DNA of 64,000 nt from NCBI GenBank assembly GCA_963772365.1, contig CAVYXA010000003.1:64001-128000 (forward strand), read 5' to 3'. Numbering within the stretch: position 1 is the first letter of the stretch; each line of letters begins with the position of its first letter. This document shows, one piece after another, positions 1 to 8,192 of the stretch. This DNA is from an uncultured Verrucomicrobiae bacterium (GTDB lineage Bacteria; Verrucomicrobiota; Verrucomicrobiia; Chthoniobacterales; UBA10450). The notes under the pieces are model-generated. The model searched no databases, was not told the origin of the DNA, and saw only the letters and a list, made by a program, of their open reading frames with translations. Position numbers and translations under genes: made by a program.

Positions 1-1335
1 GAGATGGCACGATTTGCAATCGCTGGCTTGGATCGAGTTTTTCCCATCAGTAGCAACGTGTTTGCCATCGTGGCAACGGAAGCACCCATTCCAATTTTTG
101 TGACCGACAAAATCGGGGTGTGTGCGCCAATCGACTTTGACCTCCGGGAAAAAATTCGCGCGATAGATCTCCAGCGTTTCGTTGATGATGGGTCCGGACT
201 GGTCCGGATTGGGATAGGCGGCGCGAAGGGATCGCGCGATCCCGTGTTCGGCCTCTGCAGTGGTCGAATAAGATTTTACCAATGCCTCAACCACTTTGGC
301 TTTGACCCACGGGATTTTTGGATCGAGTCGCCCCGTGGAGAGGGCAAGATCGACAGCATCATTGGGTGTATGGACGTTATGTGCCGGCCTGCTGTGACAA
401 TCCATGCAATCCATTCGTCGGATGTGATACTTGGACGGGTCGCCGGTGAATTCCGGAGTGTGATAAACCGTAACAACGCCATTCGAATCCGTCATTCGCA
501 CCCAGGGAATATCGAGAAGCTGATTGTCTGTCGCAATGTACTCGATTTTCTTCGAAATGTTCATGTGCCAGTGAATGCCGCCAACAGGCCCATTGGCCGG
601 ATCGCCACCGCCGACATTTAGCAAAAGTCGCACAGCAAAGGGCGTGTTGTGTTCATCCGAAAGGTAATGCTGAAATGTACGATCGACATACCCGACATAT
701 CTCTTAGGCCAGTGGCATTGCTCGCAAATCGCTTGGGTCGGGCGCGGATTGGCGGCGGTCATGTGGATGGGGCGCTCGAAATCGTTGCGAACAGTATGAT
801 AGAGCTGTTTGACGCCGTTTACTTTTGTCCTGAAGTAGGCGGTTGCGCCAGGACCGACATGGCAGGCCACGCATTCCACTCTGGCATGCGCCGTGTGCTG
901 CGAAGCGACGAACTCCGGCTGCATCGGAAGGTGACAAGCCTTACCGCAAAATTCCACCGATTCGCTGAATTGATATGTTTGATAACTGCCGAACGCGCTC
1001 AGAAATAAAAATCCAGTGCTGGCGGCGGCGAAGATCATCAGGATTCTGCGGTCTCGCGGCCGGGAGAGATCGATGGTGATAGCAAAAGGAGCCGCGGCCT
1101 TTTCCGCTCGACGTTCCTTACGTGACTGCCAAAAAGCGCCAATTAGTGCGAGTAGGATACCGAGAACAAAAAATCCCGGCGCGACAACATAAGCGAGAAT
1201 GCCAACGTAGGGACTGCGGCGGGCCGCAAAAACATCGATGGCAAAAAGCAGAACAAATGAGAAGAGCGCACCGACAGCAAGGACAAGCCCAGCCCAACTA
1301 ATCCAATTCCGGAAGTGGCGCCTCAGGGAAGGCAT
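1..1335 (-). CDS. NapC/NirT-family membrane-anchored multiheme cytochrome c (3' end runs off the window)
   Basis: Not in the ORF track. Manual minus-strand translation from ATG 1335 (MPSLRRHFRNWISWAGLVLAVG...) gives three hydrophobic segments, then SVEFCGKACH, HARVECVACH, ICEQCHWP, GGIHWHM, MDCMDCHSRPAH, GCFRCH and DCKSCH. The start and positions 1-21 share one frame. Confidence 0.88.
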   Translation of the reverse strand, partial: MPSLRRHFRNWISWAGLVLAVGALFSFVLLFAIDVFAARRSPYVGILAYVVAPGFFVLGILLALIGAFWQSRKERRAEKAAAPFAITIDLSRPRDRRILMIFAAASTGFLFLSAFGSYQTYQFSESVEFCGKACHLPMQPEFVASQHTAHARVECVACHVGPGATAYFRTKVNGVKQLYHTVRNDFERPIHMTAANPRPTQAICEQCHWPKRYVGYVDRTFQHYLSDEHNTPFAVRLLLNVGGGDPANGPVGGIHWHMNISKKIEYIATDNQLLDIPWVRMTDSNGVVTVYHTPEFTGDPSKYHIRRMDCMDCHSRPAHNVHTPNDAVDLALSTGRLDPKIPWVKAKVVEALVKSYSTTAEAEHGIARSLRAAYPNPDQSGPIINETLEIYRANFFPEVKVDWRTHPDFVGHKNWNGCFRCHDGKHVATDGKNSIQASDCKSCHL

Positions 1336-1356
1336 CGTGCGATCTTCTCAGGCGAT

Positions 1357-1424
1357 TTGTAGCCACGGCCCGGTGGGCCGTCATCGCTTGGGAAACGCAT
1401 CACGCGGAGATGTACCGGCTACAA
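1357..1424. repeat. REP-like palindrome
   Basis: TTGTAGCC...GGCTACAA terminal inverted repeat with an internal GC hairpin, intergenic. Confidence 0.55.
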
Positions 1425-1426
1425 CT

Positions 1427-1756
1427 CTATTTCTTGAATGAACGAATGTAGGCGACGAGCGCCTTGATGTCGGCATCAGAAAGCTTGCTGCCAAACGGCT
1501 TCATCGTCTCCTTGCCGTTGGTCTTTACGCCTTCCTTGATCGCCCTTTCGGCCTCTGCATCGGTGAATGCTGCCTGAACTTTTGGATCGCGATAATCCTT
1601 AATGTTCAATTTTTTGCCCATCATGGTGCTCCCGCTGCCGTCTTTCCCGTGGCACGATGCGCAGTTTTGTGTCCAGAGCGCGCCAGCATCCGCCGCAAAA
1701 TCAACGCCAGCTGATGCAATGACGACCGTCATTACGAGGAATATTTTTTGTTTCAT
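1427..1756 (-). CDS. Class I monoheme cytochrome c (c553/c6-like)
   Basis: Signal peptide, CASCH motif, distal Met (TMKPF), C-terminal LSDADIKALVAYIR helix. Confidence 0.92.
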   Translation of the reverse strand: MKQKIFLVMTVVIASAGVDFAADAGALWTQNCASCHGKDGSGSTMMGKKLNIKDYRDPKVQAAFTDAEAERAIKEGVKTNGKETMKPFGSKLSDADIKALVAYIRSFKK

Positions 1757-1836
1757 AAGTTAGAGGCCTTTCTTAAACAGGAGCTTCGAAGCGCAAGATT
1801 CAATTTTTCTTCGAATAGTAGGTTGGACCCGGCTGC

Positions 1837-2166
1837 CTATTTCTTCAGCGTCCGCACGTAAGCGACCAGCGCTTTAATTTCGTCGTCGCTTAATTTCCCG
1901 CCAAAAGCTTTCATCTTCATCTTGCCCTTTTCCTTCACGCCGTCCTTAATCGCCGTCGCCGCTTCGGCATCGGTAAATCCGGCCTGGACCTTCGGATCGG
2001 TCAGATCCTTTGCATTCAATATCTTGCCCATTTTTGTGTCGGCGCTCCCGTTCTTGCCATGACATTGCACACAGTTGGTGTCCCAATTGGTCTTTGCATC
2101 TGCGGCAAAACTCACGGTTGGAAACACGAGAACGCTGACGCTGAAAATTGCGAGGACTGTTTTCAT
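1837..2166 (-). CDS. Class I monoheme cytochrome c, paralog of 1427-1756
   Basis: Start reassigned to MKTVLAIF (ATG 2166). Signal peptide, CVQCH, KMKAF, LSDDEIKALVAYVR. Confidence 0.92.
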   Translation of the reverse strand: MKTVLAIFSVSVLVFPTVSFAADAKTNWDTNCVQCHGKNGSADTKMGKILNAKDLTDPKVQAGFTDAEAATAIKDGVKEKGKMKMKAFGGKLSDDEIKALVAYVRTLKK

Positions 2167-2197
2167 CTGGATATCACCCCTGGAGTTTGACTTGGCT

Positions 2198-4369
2198 TTA
2201 GAAACGAAATTGCAAACCGGAATAAATCGAATGCGCTTCGTAATTATTGTGCCCGCCCGAAGCGTCATCGGTATAGTTAAAATACGCGTATCTCACTACG
2301 AGGCGCATCTGCTTGGTGAGCTCGCGACTGATACTCGCCGAGACAGTGTGTTCAGTCGCGCCCATGCCGTAGGGCACTGAGGCCTCGATGTTATTCACGT
2401 AATCGTTTGCCCGGTAATAGGTATACTCGGCATGCAGTTCCGTTTTATTGTCGATGACGAAACCGGCGCCGCTGGTCACGGTCCAATAATCGTTTTGGAA
2501 ATTCAGAACAGTAGGAGCGTCATCCGTCACGATGATATTGCTCGCGGGAGTTTTAGTTTCGTCGAGGACATAGGAAAGTGTGCCTTGCAGGTAAAGGCGC
2601 GGCAGAGGGTTCCACGTCAGCGTTTCACCAATGACATGACGGGTAATCCAGGCACTGTCCGTTTGGTCTAGCCAGATCCCGGCAGGATCGATCCCCCACC
2701 TGCCGCTCACGTCAGTCTTCATAAAATCGTAGCGGGTTGTCAGGGAAAGCGTTCCCAGCCAAGACGGGATGTTCGGCCGGTAAGTCATTCGAATATTGAA
2801 ATCATTCGTCCTCCAGTCCTGGCTGAGGAGTCTCTGGTTTGAACCAGTCAGGTCCGTCTTGATATCGTTGTCGTACTCTGCTGCCTTGTAATAGTACTGG
2901 CCCGACAGGCTGAGTCCCGGCAGAGCATACCAGTTTGAGCCGATGGTGTATTTTTGACCCAACAGAGAGGTATCCTTGTTCAGCACTCCCTCGTCATCTC
3001 CGTCGGAAATTGCATGCTCGTGCACGGTCCCGTTTTCCTCGGTCCATTCGCCTTCAGCCCAGAAAAGCCAGTTGTTGATTCCCGTATAACGGGCCTCAAA
3101 CCGCTCCGCGAAGTTGTCGAAGTCTTGCGAAGTATCGGCCGACTCCAAGGTCGGCGGGAGAAGATTTCTGGACATATCTGTGTTCGTGCTCAAGAAAGTG
3201 GACCAGCTATCCTCGTCCTCGCGAGTATAACGGAACCCGCTGAGCAACGTAAGATCCTTTACAGGCATCCAGTAAAAATTGGCATTGAAAACATGCTCAT
3301 CCACCTGGGAGGTACCGGCCAGGGTGAGAAAGCCTTCATCGCGAAATTGGATATTGGGAAAGGGCCCGAACATGGAATTGTAATCGGATCCATAAATACG
3401 ACTGCCTGAAATGTCGCTTCCGAGTGTTGTATAAGAGTAACCTGCAGTGAACAAGAGCCTATCGCTCAGGCGTGTCTCCGTCATCGCGTGCCCGCTGAAT
3501 AGATCGAGATCGGTCTGATCGCGCTGAGTGACAAATCGATGAGCCATTGGGTTACCGACACCGCGCTGGAGCTGCAGTCGATCATCGTTGTTGTTATGTT
3601 CATAGCGCATCCCAAGATCGATGTCGGTGTTACCAAATGTCTTGGACGCGTCGAATGAGAAAATATCGCGCGTCTCGTCGATGTTGCGAAACGCCGGTGC
3701 GATCTTGCGTGGCGAGCCAATTCCGGGCACTGTCGTGTCGCCCCAGCTCGTCGACTCCTTGTCCCCATTTCGAAACTCGTGCGAATAATGAATCGTGATC
3801 TCGGGCCACTCGGGCATGCGCAAACCAAGTTCCACCCAGGCAATGCCGCGATCGAGCGTAAGTTCGGGATCGGGCGGCGGGATAAATGCTCCGCCGTCAG
3901 CCGGAGAAAAACCGCCATTGCCGTCATACCAGCTCCGAAACTCGGTGTATCCGCCGCGGATGTACCCCAGGCCCGGCTGAGACAAATCGATCGTCACATC
4001 GTAATCGTCGTTGTCAAAAATGGCGTGGCCGTCGACCGTTAACGTTGCGTTCTTGCCGAGGGTCCGTTCCAAATGGAGATCTTGGATGCCGCCAAAAACA
4101 TCACCCGAGATGCGGTGTTCTTGTTTAAATTGCGCCGCGTCGCCATTGATAATATTTCCCCCGACCCCCAGCTCAATCCAATCGTTGTACTCGGGCGTTT
4201 CTTCCTCTGCTGTTGCGTTGCTCGCAGTGGATTTTCCGTCCGCTGTCGCTGTTCCATCGGGTGTCATTCCAGCGCGCAACGAATAATTTGCGCAAACAAG
4301 GACACACATGAAGACCGCAAGCTTGCGCGCGAACCGAGGCCCGCCAGCTGAGAAGCAAATCTCGCTCAT
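2198..4369 (-). CDS. MtrB/PioB-like outer-membrane beta-barrel porin
   Basis: About 720 aa with a signal-like N-terminus, alternating amphipathic beta-strand pattern and terminal Phe (GLQFRF). Lies directly downstream of the multiheme cytochrome. Confidence 0.82.
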   Translation of the reverse strand: MSEICFSAGGPRFARKLAVFMCVLVCANYSLRAGMTPDGTATADGKSTASNATAEEETPEYNDWIELGVGGNIINGDAAQFKQEHRISGDVFGGIQDLHLERTLGKNATLTVDGHAIFDNDDYDVTIDLSQPGLGYIRGGYTEFRSWYDGNGGFSPADGGAFIPPPDPELTLDRGIAWVELGLRMPEWPEITIHYSHEFRNGDKESTSWGDTTVPGIGSPRKIAPAFRNIDETRDIFSFDASKTFGNTDIDLGMRYEHNNNDDRLQLQRGVGNPMAHRFVTQRDQTDLDLFSGHAMTETRLSDRLLFTAGYSYTTLGSDISGSRIYGSDYNSMFGPFPNIQFRDEGFLTLAGTSQVDEHVFNANFYWMPVKDLTLLSGFRYTREDEDSWSTFLSTNTDMSRNLLPPTLESADTSQDFDNFAERFEARYTGINNWLFWAEGEWTEENGTVHEHAISDGDDEGVLNKDTSLLGQKYTIGSNWYALPGLSLSGQYYYKAAEYDNDIKTDLTGSNQRLLSQDWRTNDFNIRMTYRPNIPSWLGTLSLTTRYDFMKTDVSGRWGIDPAGIWLDQTDSAWITRHVIGETLTWNPLPRLYLQGTLSYVLDETKTPASNIIVTDDAPTVLNFQNDYWTVTSGAGFVIDNKTELHAEYTYYRANDYVNNIEASVPYGMGATEHTVSASISRELTKQMRLVVRYAYFNYTDDASGGHNNYEAHSIYSGLQFRF

Positions 4370-4377
4370 AACATTAA

Positions 4378-5217
4378 TCAAAATCTGAGATGCTCACTGA
4401 CTTGAGAGCCATGAACCGCTTCGTGGCAGCCGGCCGACCAGCAGGTTCCTTGCTGCAGGAAACTGGAATGGTCGCGCTCTCCGATCAGAATTTGGCCGGA
4501 AGAAGTCTGCTGCTCGAAATGACATTTCAGACAGAGCGTCTGGTTCCGTTCGTTTAACATTCGTTGATTCACCGAGCCGTGCGGCGAGTGACAAACCGTG
4601 CACCCGTCGCGTAATGCTTCGTGCTCCCAAACAAACGGGCCGCGTTGCGCTGTGTGGCATTGAAAGCAGGTCTCGTTTTCGCCCAGGAAGGCAATACCGC
4701 CGCCCTTGAGGGTTTGTTGCATGCTGGTCCCGCCACCTTTAATGGCCCTTCCCTGATGGGGATTGTGGCAATCGACGCAGCTCATTTTGCCTTCCAGCAC
4801 CGGGTGATGATGTGGCAATTCAAAACTCGCGCGCACTTCGAGGTGACATTGGAAACACGTTTGGGGATCGCGGCGTGGATTTACGATCGTGTGCGCTGCG
4901 CCTCCGCTCTGGACATGCAGGCTTCCAGGGCCGTGGCAGGATTCGCAGCCCATTTCTTTAGCGTTGTCGCCTTTCGCTAAAAGGCGGGCGTGAGTAGCCG
5001 TCTTAAAGTCGCGGGTGATTTCACCGTGGCATGCGTCACACGCATCGGAACCGACGAACTCCGCACCGGGAATACTAGGAGGTGCCAGAATCGTGCGATT
5101 TGTCTCGAAGCTGCTGCAAGAAAGCAGAACGACGGTAAGCACGGCTGCTCCCCCCGCGCCCCAGAACAGTTTTTCGCGCTTACCGTGCGTCCATCGAATT
5201 AGCCTCGAATGCCACAC
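4378..5217 (-). CDS. MtrA/DmsE-like multiheme cytochrome c (7 CxxCH + 1 CX4CH), probable lipoprotein
   Basis: CDACH, CESCHGPGS, CFQCH, CVDCHNPH, CFQCH, CTVCHSPHGS, CLKCH and CWSAGCHEAVHGS; GPFVWEH motif; lipobox-like LLSC. Confidence 0.9.
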   Translation of the reverse strand: MWHSRLIRWTHGKREKLFWGAGGAAVLTVVLLSCSSFETNRTILAPPSIPGAEFVGSDACDACHGEITRDFKTATHARLLAKGDNAKEMGCESCHGPGSLHVQSGGAAHTIVNPRRDPQTCFQCHLEVRASFELPHHHPVLEGKMSCVDCHNPHQGRAIKGGGTSMQQTLKGGGIAFLGENETCFQCHTAQRGPFVWEHEALRDGCTVCHSPHGSVNQRMLNERNQTLCLKCHFEQQTSSGQILIGERDHSSFLQQGTCWSAGCHEAVHGSQVSEHLRF

Positions 5218-5232
5218 GAGAATGGAGTGTTG

Positions 5233-5275
5233 CGGAAAATATGAGACGGCGACTACGCATTTTTACGGAAAATAT
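5233..5275. promoter_or_regulatory. Direct repeat CGGAAAATAT x2 (33 bp period), candidate regulator site
   Basis: Identical decamers at 5233-5242 and 5266-5275, just upstream of the cytochrome operon. Confidence 0.35.
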
Positions 5276-5296
5276 TCGGCACTGAGTTTTGGCAAT

Positions 5297-5686
5297 TTAT
5301 CCGGGACTGCTTCGAGCGCTGCCCGCACGGTATTCAGTCGGCGATTTTCCTGACAACTTTCTGAACACACGGTTGAATTGTGAGAGCGATTGGAATCCGA
5401 CTGCAAACGCGATTTCGCTGATGCGAAGATCGACTTCGTGCAGGAGAAGATTGCACGCTCTTTCAAATCGCGTTCGGGCGACGTACTCGACAAAGTTTAT
5501 GCCAGTCACCTGTTTGAACTTTTCACTTAGATAATTTGCGCTGATGTTGACCGCCTTTGCGACTTGAGTCAGCGATAGCTCTTCGCCGGAATGCGCGTGG
5601 ACAAAATTACGCGCTTTCCAAATTTCCACCGGCTCGGCCCGATTTTGATTCTCCGTAACCGACTTGAATTGATTTGCGGAACTCAT
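5297..5686 (-). CDS. AraC-family regulator, DNA-binding domain only
   Basis: LSLTQVAKAVNISANYLSEKFK and ISEIAFAVGFQSLSQFNRVFRK; GGAGG upstream of ATG 5686. Confidence 0.9.
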   Translation of the reverse strand: MSSANQFKSVTENQNRAEPVEIWKARNFVHAHSGEELSLTQVAKAVNISANYLSEKFKQVTGINFVEYVARTRFERACNLLLHEVDLRISEIAFAVGFQSLSQFNRVFRKLSGKSPTEYRAGSARSSPG

Positions 5687-5886
5687 CACCACTACCTCCA
5701 CAAATCACTTTGGCTTGGGTTCGGGCGTTCACGCTGGTCGTTGCTTGGCAATTACCCGCCGAATCTTGGGCCGGTCGGCAAACAGCTGTTTTTGGCCTGC
5801 GCAATTTTTGCAAAGCAAAACGCAAGCGAGCGATAGCGGGGGCTGATCGGCCCGCATTGATCTGGGCGCACTAAGAGGGGGCAAAT

Positions 5887-5976
5887 ATGGAATACCTGAT
5901 AGTAGTTGCAGTCGTTTCGATGATGGCGCTCCACACCGTGATCATTGCACGCTGCCTGAAACAGTCAGAATGTTAG
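5887..5976 (+). CDS. Putative 29-aa single-TM small protein MEYLIVVAVVSMMALHTVIIARCLKQSEC
   Basis: ATG 5887 to TAG 5976, purine-rich AAGAGGGGG upstream, hydrophobic core, fills an intergenic gap. Confidence 0.4.
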   Translation: MEYLIVVAVVSMMALHTVIIARCLKQSEC

Positions 5977-6007
5977 CGCCACCCGGCCCGCACTAACGTC
6001 GCGGAAG

Positions 6008-6931
6008 CTAGGCGGTTTTGCTTTTGTGCTTGCTCGAAGATAGGTGCGCCCGGAAATCGCTCGGCGATTGTCCGAACACGCGTTTGAAGGTGCGATTGAA
6101 TTGGGTGAGCGATTGAAATCCCACATCATAGGCAATCTCGCTGATACGCAAGCTAGGGTTGAGTAATCGCGTGCGCGCCTCTTCCACTCGCACGCGCGCG
6201 ACGTAATCGGTAAACTTCAGGCCGGTAGCTTTGTGGAAAATTTTACAGAAATGAAAAACGCTCGCGCCTGCTGCCTTCGCGACATCCGCCAGCGACAGTT
6301 CTTCGGCCTTGTGCTTGTCGATGTAATCGCGGGCCCTAAGCACGAGCGGCGGTTCCGAGTTGTTCTTCTCTGTTACCAATTGATTGCATAGGGCAGAGAG
6401 TTGAGCGGCAAAAAAAGCCAGGAGCCGGACCACGGCATTATATCTATCGGGCGGGATGAACGGATTTTTTTCCCACGCTTTGCGAAGGTCACTGCGAAAG
6501 CGGAGTCCACATCGCTCCAGCTCTCGCGTCACTTTGGTTGCATCGGTTTTGGCCGGGGTGTGACGCAAAACCTGGCCGATTCGAAGGTATCCGATCGTCT
6601 CTGCGCCCAGTTTCACCGGTACAGCCGTTTCGGTTAGGCCGAAAGGACAGGTGACAGTGCGCGGCAGGTCGCCAGTGTGCTGGATCATGTCCTCGTGCGC
6701 TTGCAAGCAAACCGCCAGGGTCTTTGGTTGTTCGGCAAGTAAGGCGCAGAACGGGTTCTCGTGTTTTTTCCCACGATGTGCCAGTTGCCAAAATTCCAGC
6801 GGACGCAGAGTCAACGGCAAGCCGGTCGCTTTCGTAAAAACGTTTTCGTAATCGCGAAACAATCGCGACCGTCGCAACATGTCGATCAGTTGCTTGTTTG
6901 AATCGGCGTAGTTGTTCGTGAGCTCAGCCAT
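6008..6931 (-). CDS. AraC-family regulator with PocR-type sensor domain
   Basis: FTKATGLP, ENPFC, TCPFGLTETAVPV and GYLRIGQV in the N-terminal domain; AraC double HTH at the C-terminus. Confidence 0.88.
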   Translation of the reverse strand: MAELTNNYADSNKQLIDMLRRSRLFRDYENVFTKATGLPLTLRPLEFWQLAHRGKKHENPFCALLAEQPKTLAVCLQAHEDMIQHTGDLPRTVTCPFGLTETAVPVKLGAETIGYLRIGQVLRHTPAKTDATKVTRELERCGLRFRSDLRKAWEKNPFIPPDRYNAVVRLLAFFAAQLSALCNQLVTEKNNSEPPLVLRARDYIDKHKAEELSLADVAKAAGASVFHFCKIFHKATGLKFTDYVARVRVEEARTRLLNPSLRISEIAYDVGFQSLTQFNRTFKRVFGQSPSDFRAHLSSSKHKSKTA

Positions 6932-6984
6932 GCATGCTGTCGAAATGTTCTTCCAGCCGAAATTTAGCGTCAATCCGTATCTTG

Positions 6985-7519
6985 TTACTGGTCGCAAAAT
7001 CGGGGCTCGAGAACGACCGGCTCAAGAGTCGCACCGTGAATGTAGAGCGACAGCATTTTTCGGCGCGCAGCCTGCAAGCGTTTTACCATCACGGGGCTCA
7101 TCCGTTTTAGGAGTTCGTAACCAAGTGAGTGGTCTCGCTCGCAGTACCTCGCGCAGGATTGTCCCATAAAAGAAGATCGCGCGAGTCGGTTCGACTGCGC
7201 GCGCGGTGAAATGCCAGACGTAAGGCGGAAACATCCAGGACCAGCCCAGCAAATCACCCGGACCAATCATCTCGACGATTTTCGCATCGCCAAATCCTTC
7301 TCCTGACTCGAGGACGACTTTACCGCTTTCGATCAAGTAGAACCGGTTTGCCAACTCGCCCTGACGCAAAATGGTTTGCCCTTTCTTGGAGTGGACAGGA
7401 ATTGCGCATTCGGCCAACAGCGCCAGTTGTGTCGAGTTCATTCCCGCCAAAAATGGATGCAGCGCCACCCGTATCCCGATCGGTTCCCGCTGTGTTGTCG
7501 TTTCGATTTTTGTCAGCAT
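6985..7519 (-). pseudogene. Cyclic-nucleotide-binding (Crp/Fnr-type) domain protein, frameshifted at ~7147 (possibly a sequencing error)
   Basis: GQTILRQGELANRFYLIESGKV and GPGDLLGWSW. Removing one base gives LREYCERDHSLGYELLKRM, continuing in ORF 6985-7266. Confidence 0.8.
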
Positions 7520-7538
7520 ATTTTCTCCCGGTCTTTAG

Positions 7539-8036
7539 TTAGGCGAATTCGTGCTCCTTCTCGCGCACGATCAGCACCGGACAAGGTGCTGCGCGAGCGA
7601 CGCGTTCGGCCGTGCTCCCGATCGCAAAATGTTTCCAGCCGGTGTAACCGTGCGTGGCGATTACAATTAAATCGACATCGTGGTCTTTGGCCGCTTCGAC
7701 GATTTCGTAAGCAGGCAGACCGGTTCGAATGCCTTACTCGACGCGCTGGACTCCGGCTGTGCGGGCCGAGCTCGCCAGCTTATTCAATCGATTCGTGCAC
7801 TTCGCGTCGATCCAGTGGGAAATTGGTGGCGACGCGATCATGAAACCATCAAAAGCCTGCGGTATCTCCGGCTCGACTACGTGAAACAGATGCACCGCGG
7901 CATTAAACTCTCGCGCAAGTTTGATTGCGTACTGGAGCGCCTTTCTTGATAGCGGAGAAAAATCCACCGGCACCAGAATTCGTTTTAATGCGATTCCGGC
8001 GGCGCTCGTTCGGGACAGCGTTTCCTGCGTTTTCAT
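7539..8036 (-). pseudogene. Universal stress protein with in-frame TAA at 7734-7736
   Basis: KRILVPVDFS before the stop. The same frame continues IRTGLPAYEIVEAAKDHDVDLIVIATHGYTGWKHFAIGSTAERVARAAPCPVLIVR to TAA 7539. Confidence 0.85.
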
Positions 8037-8192
8037 ACGGTCATTGTGCGTTTGAGTCTCGATGTCCGCTTATCCGCGCTTGCCAAATCGTATGCATTTC
8101 TTGCGGTGACGACCCCGGGCTGGCCGCAAAAAATGGTCGGTAAATCGCAAGTGCCGCAAAGTTTCTGCCTCCTGCTCGAAGATGATTGCGTC

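Noticed and set aside
4..1008. Plus-strand ORFs 4-621 and 649-1008
   Set aside because: Antisense shadows of the minus-strand multiheme cytochrome.
7734..7736. Stop-codon recoding (Sec/Pyl) in the Usp gene
   Set aside because: The codon is TAA, not TGA or TAG, and TAA ends many genes in this window.
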